Below, in pieces: positions 1-8,858 of a DNA stretch of 64,000 nt (position 1 is the stretch's first letter; each line of letters starts with the position of its first letter). The notes beneath the pieces were generated by a model. That model had not been told where the DNA came from. It did no database searches and saw only the letters and a list, made by a program, of their open reading frames with translations. Position numbers and translations under genes: made by a program. This DNA is from an uncultured virus (IMG/VR IMGVR_UViG_3300049846_001482) (lineage: Duplodnaviria; Heunggongvirae; Uroviricota; Caudoviricetes): IMG/VR virus record IMGVR_UViG_3300049846_001482. One strand, written 5' to 3'.

Positions 1-70
1 GCTCAAACCGGGGAAAGTCCTCTTGGATTTCTCCAAGCCCCTAATCCAGACCGCTATCTTCTATAGACGT

Positions 71-98
71 ATTGTAGCAGAAATTAGTTCCTTGTCAA
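71..98 (-). promoter_or_regulatory. sigma70-type promoter (TTGACA-N16-TACAAT) reading out of the left window edge
   Basis: Reverse complement reads TTGACA aggaactaatttctgc TACAAT, with TG upstream of the -10. Confidence 0.6.
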
Positions 99-319
99 GA
101 ACTTTTTTCGTTTAATTTTAATTTCTCGAACATTGCCTTTGCTACTTCCTTTGAATAAGCATGCCTTTTTCTGATTATGTCCATCGCCTCTCTCTCGCTC
201 AATGGATTACCGTTGCTATCGTACATTTTCTGGGTATCAAGTCCGTATTTCTTCAACTCGGCCTCATCATAGTCAAAGGCTTGGACCTTTTTGCCATTGA
301 GCCATTGATCTCTCTTCAA
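95..319 (-). CDS. small hypothetical protein, M(K/N)RxxW(L/I/V) family
   Basis: N-terminus MKRDQWLNG shared with neighbours; ATGA overlap. Confidence 0.75.
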   Translation of the reverse strand: MKRDQWLNGKKVQAFDYDEAELKKYGLDTQKMYDSNGNPLSEREAMDIIRKRHAYSKEVAKAMFEKLKLNEKSS

Positions 320-594
320 AACACATCTCCTCTTTCTACCTCTTCTGGCATCGGCATTTCCTCAAACCCTTCTGGACAATGCTCTCCGCTCCAGATAAAA
401 ACCGTTCCTACGGGTATTGGGTTTTTAGGCTCTATCTGAGTCACCTTTCTGATCAACCTATAGCCTTTTTCTTGCCAATCTAAAAGCGTTCTAATATCTC
501 TCGGATAGAAGTTAGCTATCTTTCCATGCTTCTCAAAATGAGCATGCCAATCTATCCTGAATCTTTTGTTTTTGAGCCAGTCTATTCTATTCAT
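316..594 (-). CDS. small hypothetical protein, M(K/N)RxxW family
   Basis: MNRIDWLKN start; ATGA overlaps on both sides. Confidence 0.75.
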   Translation of the reverse strand: MNRIDWLKNKRFRIDWHAHFEKHGKIANFYPRDIRTLLDWQEKGYRLIRKVTQIEPKNPIPVGTVFIWSGEHCPEGFEEMPMPEEVERGDVF

Positions 595-827
595 GACTTA
601 GGCTTCAGTTTGGGTGTCTTTTCGATGGGCTCTTGGGCATCTTCCCAAGACACACTCCACCCTTCCCCGACAACCTTTCCACTCTCTACTACTTTGACTT
701 CGCCCTCAGCTATCTGCTTGAGGACTTCCATGTAGCGTGGATCTTCAGGCGTGATCTCTTCCCAGTACTTTTTAGGCACTGTGGCTGGGTCATATTGCCT
801 ACCTTCGATCCAGTCTTTTCTTTTCAT
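591..827 (-). CDS. small hypothetical protein, M(K/N)RxxW family
   Basis: MKRKDWIEG start; ATGA overlaps. Confidence 0.75.
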   Translation of the reverse strand: MKRKDWIEGRQYDPATVPKKYWEEITPEDPRYMEVLKQIAEGEVKVVESGKVVGEGWSVSWEDAQEPIEKTPKLKPKS

Positions 828-1057
828 AGTGGAGGAAACCTATCGAAATGTTCAGTCATGACTCTCCAGCCATTCGGAACCATGCCACCTGACCAGAAGG
901 CCACATATCCTGGCGGGATGAGGTCGTCATCCGTGGATGTTCTTTGAATAAGAACAAATCCATATTGATTTATCTGTTGGGTGACATTGTGAGCATGAAC
1001 AGAGACCCAATCAACAATTTCCCTTGGGGCTCCATTCAACCAATCACTTCTTTTCAT
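824..1057 (-). CDS. small hypothetical protein, M(K/N)RxxW family
   Basis: MKRSDWLNG start; C-terminal FWSGGMVPNGW resembles IWSGEHCPEGF of 316..594. Confidence 0.75.
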   Translation of the reverse strand: MKRSDWLNGAPREIVDWVSVHAHNVTQQINQYGFVLIQRTSTDDDLIPPGYVAFWSGGMVPNGWRVMTEHFDRFPPL

Positions 1058-1232
1058 GGAACTCTGGGAGAAACTGTTGGATATTTATCTGTACTGTCTC
1101 GGTCCAAACAATGGGATTGCCGTCTTTGTCAAACCCAGTTGGCTTCATGTCGCCACTGAACTTTGTCTCTATGTTGATCTCTGGAACTCTCTGAGTCCAG
1201 TGATCTCCCCGCACCCATTGTGACCTATTCAT
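1044..1232 (-). CDS. small hypothetical protein, M(K/N)RxxW family
   Basis: MNRSQWVRG start; GGAGG SD. Confidence 0.7.
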   Translation of the reverse strand: MNRSQWVRGDHWTQRVPEINIETKFSGDMKPTGFDKDGNPIVWTETVQINIQQFLPEFHEKK

Positions 1233-1410
1233 CGTGGTCTATCCTCCCCCATCCGTCAGGTATCGGCTTATCTTCTGGCCAATATCGGGCAAAGTCTCTC
1301 TTTCATGTCCTGACGATAAGGATGTAGCCAAGGGCTTTTGGTCCTGGCTCCCAATACTTTCAGCTCAGCTTAGTTTTTGGTTTTCCCTGCAACCAGTCGT
1401 AGCGTCTCAT
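1225..1410 (-). pseudogene. sixth family member interrupted by two in-frame TGA codons
   Basis: Manual translation MRRYDWLQGKPKTKLS*KYWEPGPKALGYILIVRT*KRDFARYWPEDKPIPDGWGRIDHDE; SD AGAGGA. Confidence 0.5.
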
Positions 1411-2131
1411 CGTTGATCCTCTTGAGAGCCTTAGCAAAGTATTTGCTATCTTGCTCAATGCCGATGAACTTTCTGTTGGTCCTGACAGCCGCTACACCAG
1501 TGCTGCCTGAACCCATTGTGTTGTCTAGAACCGTGTCACCTTCGTTGGTGTAGGTCTTGATAAGGTATTCACACAGTTCAACTGGCTTCTGCGTTGGGTG
1601 GAACTTCTCAGGGTTGTCGTTGTTGATGACGGGGAACCTGAGGACCGAAGATGGATACCTTTCGGTAGAGCCACCACCAGAGACACCCAACTTGGTCTGT
1701 CCGTAGTTGTTACCATCGCTGGTGTTCTTGACGAACTTGTGGACGGGTGGATGTCCAGTCGTCTTCTGTGGGTGGTAGGTTGGTGTCTTTCGGTAAAAGA
1801 CCAGAAGATGCTCATGCTTGCGTAGTGGCATCTTCTTTGCATTCAGAAAACCAGTGCTTTTGTTCTTCTCCCAGATCCAATCGTAACGAAACTCTTTTGG
1901 ATTGCTGGAGACCATGATGCTTGCAAATGGCTGAGCTGCAAAAAGAACGATAGCGGCAGATGGTTTGCAGACTCTCGTGTAGGCAGACCAAAGAGCCACA
2001 GGGTCGATTATCTTGTCCCACTTATTTCTGGCCGTCACCCCATAGGGCAGGTCACAGAGAACCATGTCTACGGATTTTTCAGGGATGTCTTTTAGTATTT
2101 CAAGACAATCTCCCCGATGTAGCTTTGTCAT
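1370..2131 (-). CDS. N6-A/N4-C DNA methyltransferase (beta class)
   Basis: DLPY catalytic motif, HPTQKP, DNTMGSGST SAM-binding motif. Confidence 0.92.
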   Translation of the reverse strand: MTKLHRGDCLEILKDIPEKSVDMVLCDLPYGVTARNKWDKIIDPVALWSAYTRVCKPSAAIVLFAAQPFASIMVSSNPKEFRYDWIWEKNKSTGFLNAKKMPLRKHEHLLVFYRKTPTYHPQKTTGHPPVHKFVKNTSDGNNYGQTKLGVSGGGSTERYPSSVLRFPVINNDNPEKFHPTQKPVELCEYLIKTYTNEGDTVLDNTMGSGSTGVAAVRTNRKFIGIEQDSKYFAKALKRINDETLRLVAGKTKN

Positions 2132-2355
2132 CCCTTTGGCTTCCCGCCAAAAATTCCGTCAAAGATCCCACCAAATGGGTCAGTGTCCTTTTTTTGGTTG
2201 GACTGCAACGAAATGATCATCGATTGAAGTTTTAGGATGGTTCTGTCTTTTTCTGCGTTGGCATCCTTGTATCTCTGAACGTCCATCTTGTGGTCGTCCA
2301 AAGATATCCACTGCTTCTCTTCAAAGATGCGAACTGCAATCTTGGGAGCGCTCAT
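2128..2355 (-). CDS. hypothetical protein (start MSAPK; the longer ORF overlaps the tmRNA)
   Basis: ATGA overlap with the MTase; start chosen downstream of the tmRNA. Confidence 0.6.
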   Translation of the reverse strand: MSAPKIAVRIFEEKQWISLDDHKMDVQRYKDANAEKDRTILKLQSMIISLQSNQKKDTDPFGGIFDGIFGGKPKG

Positions 2356-2449
2356 GGGTTCCCTTACAAGAAACCCGCTTGGATCTTTCGATTGGCAAGC
2401 GGGTGGCCCGATTTGATCCCGTGCACGGGTCTTGCCATCGGGGAGAAAT

Positions 2450-2801
2450 TGGTGGAGCCGGTGGGAGTCGAACCCACGTCCGAAGATCGATCCTGAACAG
2501 GCACTACATGTTTGTCTGTGTGTTTGGACCATTTATCGCCCGTTCAAGCCCCCACAGCGGAGCCATTCTTGGCTAGTAACCTTAGGTCTTAACTCCTCAC
2601 CAAGTTACCCGGATCGGAGAGCAGTCCTATTCGGCCTCTATCTAGTCTCTAGGACGAAGACTAGGAGAGGGAGGCAGTTTTTAAGCTGCTTCGAGGTAGA
2701 AATCTTCAGCAGTTATGCTGTGCCCAAGTTTTTAACGAGGTCTCAGACATCCCCGACATGCGCCCATTCGTTCACTTTCCCCGTCGAAACCGTGCGGCCC
2801 C
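2450..2801 (-). ncRNA. ssrA: tmRNA; tag reading frame 2681-2710 = (A)AEDFYLEAA*
   Basis: 5' GGGGCCGCACGGTTTCGACGGGG; 3' GTGGGTTCGACTCCCACCGGCTCCACCA; ATAACT-GCT resume context; tag ends AA-stop; 352 nt. Confidence 0.95.
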
Positions 2802-2819
2802 AAAGGGTATTACTGGTTA

Positions 2820-2849
2820 ATTATATTACTTTTCTATAAAAGATGTCAA
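2820..2849 (-). promoter_or_regulatory. consensus sigma70 promoter for tmRNA
   Basis: TTGACA-N18-TATAAT. Confidence 0.8.
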
Positions 2850-2855
2850 GGAAAA

Positions 2856-3041
2856 TCAACAATAGGCAACCCTTCTTTTGGTTCTTCCTGCAGCCCTTAG
2901 AAGCATGCTGATTCTTTCTTTGTCCGTCACACCACGTTTTTTCTTGACCTTCTTCTTGACCTTCTTCTTGACAATAGGTTTTTCTACCTCTTTTTCAGGC
3001 TCTTTTGGCTTTATGTTGGCGATAAACTTGTAGCGATCCAT
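2856..3041 (-). CDS. small Lys-rich hypothetical protein
   Basis: KKKV x3 repeat; TAATG coupling to the upstream gene. Confidence 0.6.
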   Translation of the reverse strand: MDRYKFIANIKPKEPEKEVEKPIVKKKVKKKVKKKRGVTDKERISMLLRAAGRTKRRVAYC

Positions 3042-3649
3042 TAGATGATTTCTATGCGGACAGGCATCGCTGAGCTGGATGTGTCACTATCTGAGGGTGG
3101 TGAAAAGTAACCCGTAGGATTGTTGGTACTGTAGTATTTTATCTGAATGCCTAAAAGTCCTGCTTTACGCATCGCCCTTCTATATCTCTCCCTCTCATAA
3201 GCCTCATCCTCTGCCTTCTCTTCGGGTGTCCGTCTGTCCTTGTTTGGCTTATTGACAATATCAAGCATTCTATCGGAGCCGTATCGCCTGTAAAACGTAT
3301 CTCTGTCTTCTACCATCTCAACGTAGGCCAGGGGAACGTTTTTGACAAACTGATAGATCGGTCTAACTATATCTTGAAACGATATTGTATCGTAATGGTT
3401 CGTTCCCCTTTCATCTTGTCTGATGAAGGGCATGCCTCTTTCGTCGCAAGTGATGTAACGTATGTCGTAAGGTCTGTCGTGACCATGACCCATTGCGTCA
3501 TCGTCTACTTGAGGTCCAACTTGAAGAACAAGGACATACTCATCATCAAATTGCTTTTCTTTGAGGACTTGTCCTGCTTCAAAAACAAAACTCTCACCGA
3601 TGTCGGTAAGAGTCTCTTTATCGCTGCTGGCGAATTCGTTGCGGTTCAC
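3041..3649 (-). CDS. hypothetical protein
   Basis: 202-aa ORF coupled to neighbours. Confidence 0.7.
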   Translation of the reverse strand: MNRNEFASSDKETLTDIGESFVFEAGQVLKEKQFDDEYVLVLQVGPQVDDDAMGHGHDRPYDIRYITCDERGMPFIRQDERGTNHYDTISFQDIVRPIYQFVKNVPLAYVEMVEDRDTFYRRYGSDRMLDIVNKPNKDRRTPEEKAEDEAYERERYRRAMRKAGLLGIQIKYYSTNNPTGYFSPPSDSDTSSSAMPVRIEII

Positions 3650-4333
3650 TTTGGTCTCTTGTAGAAGTTACGCATGTAGATGCTTAGTTCTTTTTGGTTT
3701 AGTATTAGCTCTGGTCGAGTTGCATACCACCAACTTGTGAAGTGGGCTATTTCAGCCGAAGTATGACCGTCGCTGATCAACTTGTCGATGTCGCCAATTT
3801 CTGGGTGTATCAAAACACGCTTACACTTTTCTGCCTTGGTAGCATTTCGCTTACGCTGCGCCTTCTGCTTAGGCGTCCTTTTGTTGGTGAGAAAATCAAG
3901 TCGCTTCATGTCAGCAGTAGGGGTTGGAGGCACCCTCATGAAGATGCTGCTCACACATCTTTATGACGGTCTGTTTGTGTTCGGTAGGTAGAAGCTGCCA
4001 AAGAGCCTCGATCTTCCTTACATGTCTCTTTATTGAAGCTTTTTCCTTTGGGGGTGCATAAGAAGCATCGGTTAGACGAGACTTCTTGTAGTCTTCAAGC
4101 CACTTGTCTGGGTTTGGCATATTTCCTGAATTGAGTTGGGGACTACTTGGGCTTAGACTCTTCGGCAAACATCCAGAAGGTATCTCTCTGGACGGCTTCG
4201 GCATATTCCTCTTCATCTCTACACTTGGGACAGGCATAGTGGGCAACCAAACAGCCGACTTTCCCATCTGGACAAGGCACCATCACATATTCAACGTTGT
4301 GCTTTTCGCAAGCCATGAGATGACCTTTAAAAT

Positions 4334-4411
4334 TGGTGGGAACTACAGGATTTGAACCTGTGACATCCATCTTGTAAGGATGGCGCTCTAACCGGGCTGA
4401 GCTAAGCTCCC
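4334..4411 (-). tRNA. tRNA-Val(TAC)
   Basis: Cloverleaf; anticodon arm CCATC-CTTACAA-GATGG; encoded CCA. Confidence 0.95.
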
Positions 4412-4519
4412 AAAATTATTTCAAATTCTCGATGTCATACATGTTTCTGCATTCCTGCCAAAACACATACAAGCACCTAAAGATCACTTTATAGAATTTC
4501 CAGTTGAGATAGTATGGCA

Positions 4520-5212
4520 TTAGTCCCCGCCACCACTGTCCCCACCGCCAGAATCGCCGCTGTCCGAGCTGTCGCTGCTGTCTGAGGACGAATCATCGCT
4601 GCTCGAATCGTCCGATGAATCGCTGTCGTCAGATGAGTCGTCAGAGTCTTGACTGTCCTCATCAGAGGTCTCGGTGTCCTCGGCGGTCTCGTCCTCGATC
4701 TCGTCTGCAGCCTGCTCTTCTGAGACGTGAGCCTCTTCGATCTCATCGATTGAAGCCACAGGCTCCGCATCGTTCAGGTCAGTGCTGCTGGTGAAGCTCG
4801 TGTTGTTCAGGAAGTAGTTCATCAGCACCAGATCAAACAACCCAACGCCGCTGGAACTGCTTGAACTCTGGACCTCACGAACCACCACGGGCTGGGCAGT
4901 CGAGAGGCGAACCTTCTTAGACACCTTGCTTCGCTTGAAGACCGCCAGAGGCATCAGGATGGGCTTCTTCCGCTTCATGCCAGCGACCACAAACTTCTTG
5001 CGCTTGACAACGACCACGGTGCCGATCTTGACCTTCTTGGTGATCTGCTTGAGAGCCTTGGCTTGCTTGGCCTTATCGATCTTGGGTGCCTCAGCAGCCT
5101 TAGGCTTCACAGTCAGCGTCTTGCCGAGAGCCTTTTGAACGGGCTTCTCGAAGACATAGGGCTCACTGGGCTTCTTGACGAAGAGGCTCTTGATGAAGGG
5201 AATGAGAGGCAT
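4520..5212 (-). CDS. hypothetical protein, basic N-terminus and Asp/Ser-rich C-terminal tail
   Basis: 230-aa ORF ending in DSSDDS/GGGD repeats. Confidence 0.75.
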   Translation of the reverse strand: MPLIPFIKSLFVKKPSEPYVFEKPVQKALGKTLTVKPKAAEAPKIDKAKQAKALKQITKKVKIGTVVVVKRKKFVVAGMKRKKPILMPLAVFKRSKVSKKVRLSTAQPVVVREVQSSSSSSGVGLFDLVLMNYFLNNTSFTSSTDLNDAEPVASIDEIEEAHVSEEQAADEIEDETAEDTETSDEDSQDSDDSSDDSDSSDDSSSDDSSSDSSDSSDSGDSGGGDSGGGD

Positions 5213-5214
5213 GG

Positions 5215-5382
5215 CTACTTCCTCGCTTTCTTGGAAGGTTTTTTGGCAACCTTTTTCTTGGTCGCAGCCTTGGCAGGCTTTGAGGGCTTGGACTTAACGG
5301 GAGCCTTTTGCTCACCAGCTAAGTGAGTCAAGTATTTGAACTCTCTGGGTTTTTGCTCTTCGCCCATGCCAAAAAACTTCAT
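5215..5382 (-). CDS. small Lys/Ala-rich (histone H1-like) protein
   Basis: Manual translation MKFFGMGEEQKPREFKYLTHLAGEQKAPVKSKPSKPAKAATKKKVAKKPSKKARK, directly after a promoter. Confidence 0.6.
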   Translation of the reverse strand: MKFFGMGEEQKPREFKYLTHLAGEQKAPVKSKPSKPAKAATKKKVAKKPSKKARK

Positions 5383-5418
5383 GATGCATTCCCTTTCGTG
5401 TTGTTAGCCATTGGGAAT

Positions 5419-5447
5419 ATGATACAACTTTATTAGACGCTTGTCAA
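5419..5447 (-). promoter_or_regulatory. sigma70-type promoter
   Basis: TTGACA-N17-TATCAT. Confidence 0.7.
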
Positions 5448-5635
5448 TGCTTTTTTGTTTCAAAAAACCCTTATTCTTCACCCAATTCTATGTAGGCATA
5501 AAGGGTTCTGTCGTCTGGCTCATACCTAAGGCGTATGTCTTGTGAAGCCATGAACTTTAGGGTTTCCTCGTCATAGACATCCCCACAAGCCTGCACTTCG
5601 TCTGCTTTAAAGAGTCTTTGCTTAAAAACAGCCAT

Positions 5636-6847
5636 TTATTTCCACCTTGAGACAGCCACCTCTTCAAGAACTTTGGCTATCTGATCTCTAGTCATATCCC
5701 TAAAGAAGTAGTTCAGTCCCCTAACTGGGTTTGGAACCCCATCGATTTTTACCACTTCAATGTCAAAGTAGTACCTTGTGTTTTCTCTGACAAAATTGAT
5801 GGCTCCACGCATGGTAGGTGACACAACGCTGAAATTGACAAAAGAGCCATCGTTGGTCTTTACCATTATATCATAAACATGCGTCTTCTTTTTACCCGCA
5901 GGGACGCTTTCGCTCTTCTTTAGGCTATTGAGGAAAGACTTGACGGCTTCTGGATCAATGATACGGGATGCCTCCAAATGCTGAGTCTTGAATTTCTGCG
6001 TGGGGGCAATTGGATTACCGTCTTCTTGCTTGAATCTTTTGATGAGCTTCCGCAGAGCCCGAAGCTCATAACTCCTAACAGAAGCACCGCTGCAACGTAG
6101 GGTCTGAGCCGTATATCTTGCCGTCCGCTCATCAAAATAGAGAGACTGTATGACAAACCTCTCTTTTTCAGTCAGCTCTTGATCAATGAAAGCCCTGAGT
6201 TCTTCATGAAGAGTGGTCTTGATAACCTCTGCCTCTGGACTAGGACCAGGCGCAGCCATCGTATCAGCAAGCGTAAAGTCTTCGCTATTTTGTGATACGG
6301 GAGCAGAAAGGCTCAAAAATGAACGACTATCGGACATCGTTAGAATGTGCTCTAGCGTGTCCTGCATCTTCCTAGTGATGCCATTTTTCCGAAGCAAAAC
6401 CTCAAACTTCTCGTAATCACCACCAGACTTAATCAATAGCTTCTTATAAAGCCTAGCTTTGGGTGCGCCCTGAGAGAATCGCTTGGTGTCAACGACATTG
6501 CTGGACGATATTTCATCTCGAATATGCTTCAAGACGTGCCAGGTGGCGTAAGTGGAAAAAGCACAGCCTTTCGACATCTTGAATTTATCAAGCGCATCGA
6601 TAAGGCCGAGGATTCCGCATTGAAACAGATCATCGACCGTGCTGTTGCTTCTATAAGAGTAGCTGTTGGCGATTTTTAGAACGAATCTGAGGTTGTTGGC
6701 AATAACCTGATCCCTCAGCTTAATCTTCTCAGACTCGTTTTTGGTGCGCTTATACTTGCGGATTAACTTCAACAGATCTTCTCTGGAAAGATAATCCTTT
6801 TTAGCCTCAGCAGACAGGTACGATGTTGTGCTCTTGTTCTGCTGCAT
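5636..6847 (-). CDS. phage sigma-70 family factor with C-terminal extension
   Basis: Region 2 NNLRFVLKIA..DDLFQCGILGLIDALDKF..FSTYATW; region 4 LTEKERFVI..ELRALRKL. Confidence 0.9.
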   Translation of the reverse strand: MQQNKSTTSYLSAEAKKDYLSREDLLKLIRKYKRTKNESEKIKLRDQVIANNLRFVLKIANSYSYRSNSTVDDLFQCGILGLIDALDKFKMSKGCAFSTYATWHVLKHIRDEISSSNVVDTKRFSQGAPKARLYKKLLIKSGGDYEKFEVLLRKNGITRKMQDTLEHILTMSDSRSFLSLSAPVSQNSEDFTLADTMAAPGPSPEAEVIKTTLHEELRAFIDQELTEKERFVIQSLYFDERTARYTAQTLRCSGASVRSYELRALRKLIKRFKQEDGNPIAPTQKFKTQHLEASRIIDPEAVKSFLNSLKKSESVPAGKKKTHVYDIMVKTNDGSFVNFSVVSPTMRGAINFVRENTRYYFDIEVVKIDGVPNPVRGLNYFFRDMTRDQIAKVLEEVAVSRWK

Positions 6848-6849
6848 GG

Positions 6850-7713
6850 TTATTTGGCCATTTCAACAGCGCCACCCTTCTTGATTTTAGCGACCTTCTT
6901 GGACTTCTGGATCATGTCTTCCATGCGGTCTTCGATGTCGTAAACGGTATCAAGGAACTTCTTGGTCCGCTTGATGCCACGTTCACGCTCAAAAGGCAGG
7001 TCCACATGAACACGGTCCACAATGCGGCCGGGATTGGCCTGCATGATGTAGACCTCATCGGTGAGATAGACAGCCTCAGAGATGTCATGGGTGATGAAGA
7101 TGATGGTCATCTGGTTCTCGGAGTCGGCAATGAGCCGATTGACCATATCCTGCATGTCCAGACGGGTCTTGATGTCCAGAGCGCCAAAGGGCTCGTCCAT
7201 GAGCAAGATCTGAGGGCTTGCCAGAACACTTCGGGCAATAGCCACACGCTGGAGCTGACCACCAGACAAGATGGGGTACTGGGCGAACTTCTTCTCATGT
7301 CCGTCCAGACCCACCTTCTGGATCATCTCCATCGCTCGTTCCTCACGCTCCTTCTGGGGAACGCCCTGCAGTTCGAGCCCAAGCGCCACATTCTCCAAGA
7401 CCGTCATCCACGGCATCGAAGAATACTTCTGCATGACCATGCCGACAATGGTCTGGCGGCTGATGGGCTTGCCGTTGACCAACACGGTTCCAGAAGTAGG
7501 CTTTTGAAGGCCTGAGATGTAGCGCAGCAGGGTGGACTTGCCGCAGCCCGACATTCCGAGAATGGAGACGAAGTTGTTCTTCCCATTCTCAATGAGGAGG
7601 CTGAGGTTGTCGATGGTCAGAGTCTTGCCGCCATCGTAACTCTGGGAAACATTCCTGAGTTCGATGATATTCTCTGCCTTCGGGTCGTCAACGAATTCGA
7701 TGGCGTCTGCCAT
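6850..7713 (-). CDS. ABC transporter ATPase (TauB/SsuB/NitT type)
   Basis: GMSGCGKST, LSGGQ, LLMDEPFGALD, ITHD. Confidence 0.95.
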   Translation of the reverse strand: MADAIEFVDDPKAENIIELRNVSQSYDGGKTLTIDNLSLLIENGKNNFVSILGMSGCGKSTLLRYISGLQKPTSGTVLVNGKPISRQTIVGMVMQKYSSMPWMTVLENVALGLELQGVPQKEREERAMEMIQKVGLDGHEKKFAQYPILSGGQLQRVAIARSVLASPQILLMDEPFGALDIKTRLDMQDMVNRLIADSENQMTIIFITHDISEAVYLTDEVYIMQANPGRIVDRVHVDLPFERERGIKRTKKFLDTVYDIEDRMEDMIQKSKKVAKIKKGGAVEMAK

Positions 7714-7727
7714 GACTTTCTCCAGTC

Positions 7728-8843
7728 TTAGAAGCTGTAAACGCTGCTCAGGACAAGGGTCTGTTGGTTGTTCTGGGCTGTGCCATTCGCAGTCGTGTAG
7801 ATGGACGCAGGGGACACATCGTAGATGACATCAAGAGCATTGGTGATGCTGCCATTCTTGTGCTTGAGCGTCAGCGTGTATTGGGTAGAGGTGTCGCCAG
7901 TCAAGGTGCCAGGGTTGCTGACATAGACACCACGCACCGTAGCCGAGTAGGGTCCGTCGCCATAAGACAGATACCCAGCCCCACCGTTGAAATACATGTC
8001 ACTGTGAAGGTATTCAACCGCCAAAGTGACATTGCTCAACGTGCAGTAGGTGTAGGCATTGATGAGATCCCGATGCTCGAATGTGCCAGACAGGTAGTTG
8101 TCACGATACCAGTTGACAGCAACACCAGCCGTAGATCCGAGGCTCTGGATGGAGGAACCGAAGTCTTTGGTCTCATCAACAGAGACATCCGAAGAGTTCT
8201 CGTTGGCTCCATAGACGATGACGTTGGTTACATCGTTGACGGCATACTTCATGGCCACAGCCATATGATAGACAGGCTCCGCCAAGAACAGGGCTGAACG
8301 GGTATAGTTCAGGTTGCTGTTGGGGTCTGGAAGCTCATAGCCCAAGAAGCCGATCATCTTACCGGCCTGAACAGTCAACTTGCCCAAGCTCTGGTAGAGA
8401 TAAGCCTGCTTGACATTGGGGGTTGACGAGCCAGAGTTGCTGGACTTGTAAGCAGCCGCATTGTCGCCATAGATGAACTGCAAGAAGGCTCCTCGGTCAG
8501 CGGTATCCGAAGCCTGAACCGACAGGTGTGCCGTTCCCAGATGCGCCCCATTGGTGATGCTGTTGGGGTTGGTCAGATTGAGGCTGGCATTGACATCCAC
8601 GTAGCCAGAGACCGTGAAGGTAGGCGCTGGGACAGCCACAGGGGTCGAAGCGACCACGGGAGCTGGGGGTGTCACAGGAGTCACCACGGCGGTCTTGATG
8701 ACGGTGGGGGCTGGGGTAGCCACAACCTGGGTGGTCACGGGCTTGACGGCGTTCTTTCCACCGACCTCGAAGTTCTCCGTCCAATCAGCGTTGGCGGAAG
8801 CGGTCAGAACAAGCGACAGGATGGTGATGATAGCCTTCTTCAT
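7728..8843 (-). CDS. outer-membrane beta-barrel/porin-like protein
   Basis: Signal peptide, Pro/Thr linker, SGYVD start of barrel, GKM-GFLGYE..NLNYTRS motif, terminal aromatic YSF. Confidence 0.7.
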   Translation of the reverse strand: MKKAIITILSLVLTASANADWTENFEVGGKNAVKPVTTQVVATPAPTVIKTAVVTPVTPPAPVVASTPVAVPAPTFTVSGYVDVNASLNLTNPNSITNGAHLGTAHLSVQASDTADRGAFLQFIYGDNAAAYKSSNSGSSTPNVKQAYLYQSLGKLTVQAGKMIGFLGYELPDPNSNLNYTRSALFLAEPVYHMAVAMKYAVNDVTNVIVYGANENSSDVSVDETKDFGSSIQSLGSTAGVAVNWYRDNYLSGTFEHRDLINAYTYCTLSNVTLAVEYLHSDMYFNGGAGYLSYGDGPYSATVRGVYVSNPGTLTGDTSTQYTLTLKHKNGSITNALDVIYDVSPASIYTTANGTAQNNQQTLVLSSVYSF

Positions 8844-8858
8844 GTTGGTCTTCCTTTC

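Noticed and set aside
2941..2972. 12-bp tandem repeat, and Asp/Ser repeats at 4520-4680
   Set aside because: Low-complexity coding sequence, not CRISPR or a regulatory array.
4416..4520. Small ORF MPYYLNWKFYK... before tRNA-Val(TAC) as a second attenuator
   Set aside because: Only two Val codons and no terminator/antiterminator seen.
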